Origin: Antedon mediterranea
Lineage: Eukaryota; Animalia; Echinodermata
Assembly (NCBI RefSeq): GCF_964355755.1
Contig: NC_092680.1
Coordinates: 434,001-498,000, forward strand
DNA: 64,000 nucleotides
Direction: 5' to 3'
The notes beneath the pieces are model-generated. The model saw nothing but the letters and a program-made list of their open reading frames with translations. It was not told the DNA's origin and made no database searches. The translations under genes and the position numbers were made by a program. This document shows positions 52,826 to 64,000 of the stretch, in pieces (the stretch's first letter is position 1; every line of letters begins with the position of its first letter).

Positions 52826-55800
52826 TTAAGCTTTTACCACTGCCTCTAGTTTCTCTAAAAATAGTTGGTGATCATGTAACGAAGCTAATAGACCATGTTC
52901 GTTTTTCTCATCTCCGGGAGCTTTATGTTCGTAATTTATCAGCTCGCCCTTTAAGTTTGTCATTTGTTCATGAGATGCACGCAAGATGGCGTCGCCAGCA
53001 CATATATCCCATTTCTTGATCAGCGTAGTGTGGATGTAAGCATCGGCCGTTCCATCGTATAACGACAAAACTTTATAACCTATTGAGAGAATAAACAGAA
53101 CTCATAAACATTCAATATTTGTATATTAAATTGTTTGTAAATTGTCACTGACTGACAAGGATAACATTATATTTAATTTAATTTAATTTCATTATTTATT
53201 CTGTCTATTTTATAATATATACATAACAAAAAAAACTGAAAGTTGGGAGACCAGGGTCAACCTAAGTGAACTTAATCACTGTAGCTGAGCCAGTTGACCC
53301 AACCCAAAGATCAGATAAAAGACACAGAATACAGTTAAAGCAAATGAATATGAACTTTTCTAATGATGGCTGATGGGCTTAACGTACCTGCTCCTCCTGC
53401 TGGGATAACCTCTGTGGTTTCACCAAATGATTTATGTGCCACTGTTTCAACTTCTCCTTTGTGACTTCTAGACACAATAATCTTTGGGTTGGAAGCCTGG
53501 TCCGCCCGTTCTTTAGGTTTCTCTAAGCCATTAGACTTTGCCATGTCCAGCCACGCCCACTCTAAAATAACAAAATTGATTTTTTTTCTAATTTAAGATA
53601 TTAACTCACTCATGCAGAGACATTTCTTCTCACACTTTACAAAATAATAATAATAACAACAATAATGTGGAAAACTTATATTGCATCAGTTTCTTTCAAA
53701 TAAGGAGATGCTCATGGCGCTTTGACACAACAATACAACAAACACTATGGTGTAAAAAAAGTAAGAATCCAAGCTAAAAGTTTAAGCTTTGATTGAAAAG
53801 ATTTCAATGAAGTTAACATGTTCCGAAAGCTGGTTACAAAGAAATGAAGCAGTAAAAGCGGTTACCACATGATTTTGAATTTTGTGGTGAAAAAACTTCT
53901 GTTTGATGATCGCAGGTTTATATGGAATGAGTAAATTAGAAATGTATGAAGCCACATGGTCAATTGTACAGTGGAATACAAAACAGGTATATTAAAAACA
54001 ATCCTGTTATGTTAGGTATTGAGAGGCAATACAGATCTTTGTTTTGTTTATTCAATATTTAATATATATTCAATATTCTCTACACATATATTAAAAATAC
54101 ATAAAATAATAATAATTTTATTAACACATTTGATAGTAATTGATAAAACATAGTATATGTGGAAGGAAACATATATAAATTAAACTTTACTTTAGAAAAG
54201 TATGACGACGCATGGTCAATTGTACAGCGGAATACAAAACAGGTATTTAAAAACAATGGTATTAGGAATTGAGGTGGCAATCTTACTTGTCTTTTGACCA
54301 TTACTGAGGAATGGTTTGTGAATAACACCTATAATAGGATCACCTTTGACAGCTACACATACCATGGTAGTAACATACTGTAACAATTCCTCTGTCAAAA
54401 AGAATGAAAGCAATTGTTATCACACTGTTTATTATATATACAAGTACATACAAACAAACTGTACAAATACATAGATTGAAGAAAGATGGCATAAATATAA
54501 GAGAGAATACAATATAAAAACTTTTGGGCACCAGTGATAATAATCCATTACATAAAAAGTTTAGCATTGAATGGCCAGCAGTTGAGCAGTACTTCCATTG
54601 TTCTAATCTGTAGATAAGGGACTATAATATTGAGTCCATATGATGGTCAGTTATCAAATTTCTATTTTGGGAAGACTTTAGGAAATTATTTTCCAAAATA
54701 AAATGAATGAAATGATGATTAATCAAAATACAGTAAATTCTTTTTTTTTACTGGAAAAATTATACTTTTCTCTGGTCACGTGCTTGTGTGTGCCCTCTTT
54801 AACCCATGTTCATTTAATTATTTATACCCTATACATAATGTGATTTTTACTATTTAAAGCTCTATCCACACTATGCCCATATAGAGACATGATGGCCAAA
54901 TCACACTTTTTTTGTCAAACTAGTAGTTGTGATGTAAAACAATAAACTTGAAACAACATACCTGTATATTCTTGAGTAGCATCCAGGGGGTCTATCCAGA
55001 CTGTAATATCTCCGGCACTGATAACAGTATCACCTGTAATTGACTTCACTTCATCACGGTTCATCTTTGGCATTTTCACTTCAGATTCATCCCATTTCAG
55101 AGTCTCATGTTCTTCTGAAATTACCTAAAGGAAAGCAAATACAGTTTATAATCAATGAAGGCTTAAAATTGTCATTATTATGGAGTGTGATCTGTATGTT
55201 TTACATCATGTTTATAAGTAATAGCTTTGCTAATTTTGTTTCCAAAAATTATACATGCAGTAGCAGCAGCACATTTGATATCAAATTGCACACCACAGCG
55301 CAATGCTAGTAATGTATCATATGTAATAATATTACATAATTTTTATATGTAGGTATATTTTATATGCAAATGGAAGTGATTTTCCACTGATATGAATGAA
55401 TAGAATAGGCCTACTAATGTATGTTATGTAGATCCCACATCCATAGCTCTAGTAGTAGGTCACTAGCTAGGAGGCTAGGCCAAAGCTTTTAGTATCCCAA
55501 CTTACTTAGCTACGCTAAGGCCTAGACTAATACTACTACTCTAGGGGATTCCCCTACTACCTAGGCTAGTAGGTCTAGCCTAGCTAGGCCCCTCTCCGTA
55601 AGTAAGTTATTTTAAATTTTTACCTTTAAGTTTGGAAATGCTTTTTTCATTCCATGTGTCATTATTCGGTGAGATCGAATATCACCGTCAGTTACAGGAT
55701 TATTTGCGCCTTCCTTTGTTTCACCTTTACTTTTTTCGTTTAACTTCTTTTCATTCATAACTTGAACAACTTCTAGGCCTCCCTTCTCGGCCATCTCGAT

Positions 55801-55959
55801 ACTCACAGACAGGAGTTCTTTCAGGCTTATTTGCTCCGGTGTGCTCTTCATTTCAAATGACTGGTACCTCCAAACTCTTTGAGTATACAGTACAATGCAT
55901 CCACTGATAATAAAGATCACTGCAAATCCAACGGGTGAAATTTTAATATTAGACACCAT
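52826..55959 (-). CDS. BPNT2: Golgi-resident 3'-phosphoadenosine 5'-phosphate phosphatase (IMPAD1/gPAPP, inositol monophosphatase family)
   Basis: 5 exons: 55959-55624, 55124-54962, 54391-54287, 53561-53388, 53079-52826. It has an N-terminal signal anchor ([16 protein letters not shown]) and family motifs [47 protein letters not shown] and IKKWDICAG. Confidence 0.95.
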
Positions 55960-56130
55960 GATTATCGGTTTATCGCTAATTTCCAACAACAAAATCACCT
56001 AGCTAGGCCCCAGACCTCTTCTTTTCGTGTTCGCCGCCGCCCGGTTTGTGATCGTTTTCTTCCCGTGTACTTTCTCTCTATAAGCAGCCACGTCACGTCG
56101 TAAAGTCACGCTTCAGTGAGCCCAAGAGCA
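55960..56130 (-). promoter_or_regulatory. Probable BPNT2 5' UTR and promoter
   Basis: A CpG-rich patch (cgccgccgcccgg; cacgtcacgtcg, CRE/E-box-like) lies immediately upstream of the ATG. Confidence 0.45.
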
Positions 56131-56603
56131 AACGTACCAACAACCAGACCCAACAAACATTATAACAATAGGACCAGCTTATCTCAATATTTTTCATGAT
56201 AAGCAATTGTATTGCAATTTAAATAATTTAAACAATATGTAATACATTAATGAATAAACAAATTAATGACACAAATGTATTATTATTAGAGTGCAGCACA
56301 CAGGAATTGCACGGCCGGGGTTTCAGGAAAATTGATGAGTAAAGAATATGAGAAGTGTAAATATTTAGATGTATTGATTTTCAATTTATCAGATACTGCA
56401 AAAGTATATTATTATATCATTCATTCATCATTCTATAAATCAAAAATACTATTACTGAAAACTTTGTTTTATTAAAAAAATTTATGATATTATATACATA
56501 ATTTACAGTAATCAAATTGTGAACAAGAATTGTTGTTACAATTTAAACTATTTATTAATACCTGTATAAGACTAGTGGTAGTGTAGGTAGAAGCTTGCTA
56601 CTA

Positions 56604-56746
56604 AAATGGTTTACTGCCAATATCTTAAATGGTTTACTGCCAATATCTTAAATGGTTTACTGCCAATATCTTAAATGGTTTACTGCCAATATCTTAAATG
56701 GTTTACTGCCAATATCTTAAATGGTTTACTGCCAATATCTTAAATG
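56604..56746. repeat. 23-bp tandem repeat, 6 copies
   Basis: Unit AAATGGTTTACTGCCAATATCTT, probably within the DHX16 3' UTR. Confidence 0.95.
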
Positions 56747-57129
56747 CTAGTCATCAAACCTGGGAAAAGATTTTACATTGAAAAGGATGTACTGTAACAC
56801 CTACATGTGAAGGGATTCAAACATTGGTTTTCAAATCTGGTTCTGAGTCAAATTCCTGAAATATTGGTCTGAAGCATGAAAGGATTCTATTTTATAATCA
56901 ACTGTTTTTCTCCAAATTTATTGACAATTATTCAGGAGGGGGATCATCATATCATACTTAAAACTGACGAATGTTGTTGTGATCTTGACATACAATGTGC
57001 ATCTTCCTGATTGCTTGTGACAACAAATCACAACACAAAGAGAGATCATCTTCACTTCAATTTCTTTCCATCATTTCATACCATTTTCCAACATGCAACA
57101 TTTCACTGATGAAAATTGGTTGTAAACCT

Positions 57130-63854
<6,725 letters not shown>

Positions 63855-64000
63855 TTAAAAAGATAAATATATGAATGTTTAATAATAAGAAAAGAGAATA
63901 TTATAAGAGATGTATTGATAATTGGTACAAATGAATTGATCGTTTCACAAGAAAGTGTCCAATGCAACAGGGGTGTCCCTAAATAGGGGTGTCCCTGAAT

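Overview
This is AT-rich, intron-rich animal genomic DNA, probably from an invertebrate deuterostome such as an echinoderm (inference only). I reconstructed four spliced genes by hand from GT-AG junctions with consistent reading phase. (1) An insulin/IGF receptor on the + strand has 19 visible exons (18506-34104). Its signal-peptide and L1 exons lie upstream of the window, so bases 1-18505 are probably one large intron. (2) A complete 562-aa coiled-coil protein gene that I cannot assign to a family lies on the - strand (50400-44376). (3) Golgi PAP phosphatase BPNT2/IMPAD1 lies on the - strand (55959-52826). (4) The 3' part of spliceosomal helicase DHX16/Prp2 lies on the - strand (63851-57130). 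Non-coding DNA holds more than 15 tandem arrays, about 10 copies of a Harbinger/Tourist-type MITE, two tRNA-derived SINEs, single hAT- and AcademH-like MITEs, and two Helentron/HINE-like elements. One of these carries a 3.3-kb higher-order satellite built from palindromes. Most long ORFs in the track are artefacts of tandem repeats. I cannot support a clear-cut new biological system. The best leads are the HINE-borne palindromic satellite, the TAGGCCTA fields in first introns, the unassigned gene, and the 4-kb satellite intron of DHX16.
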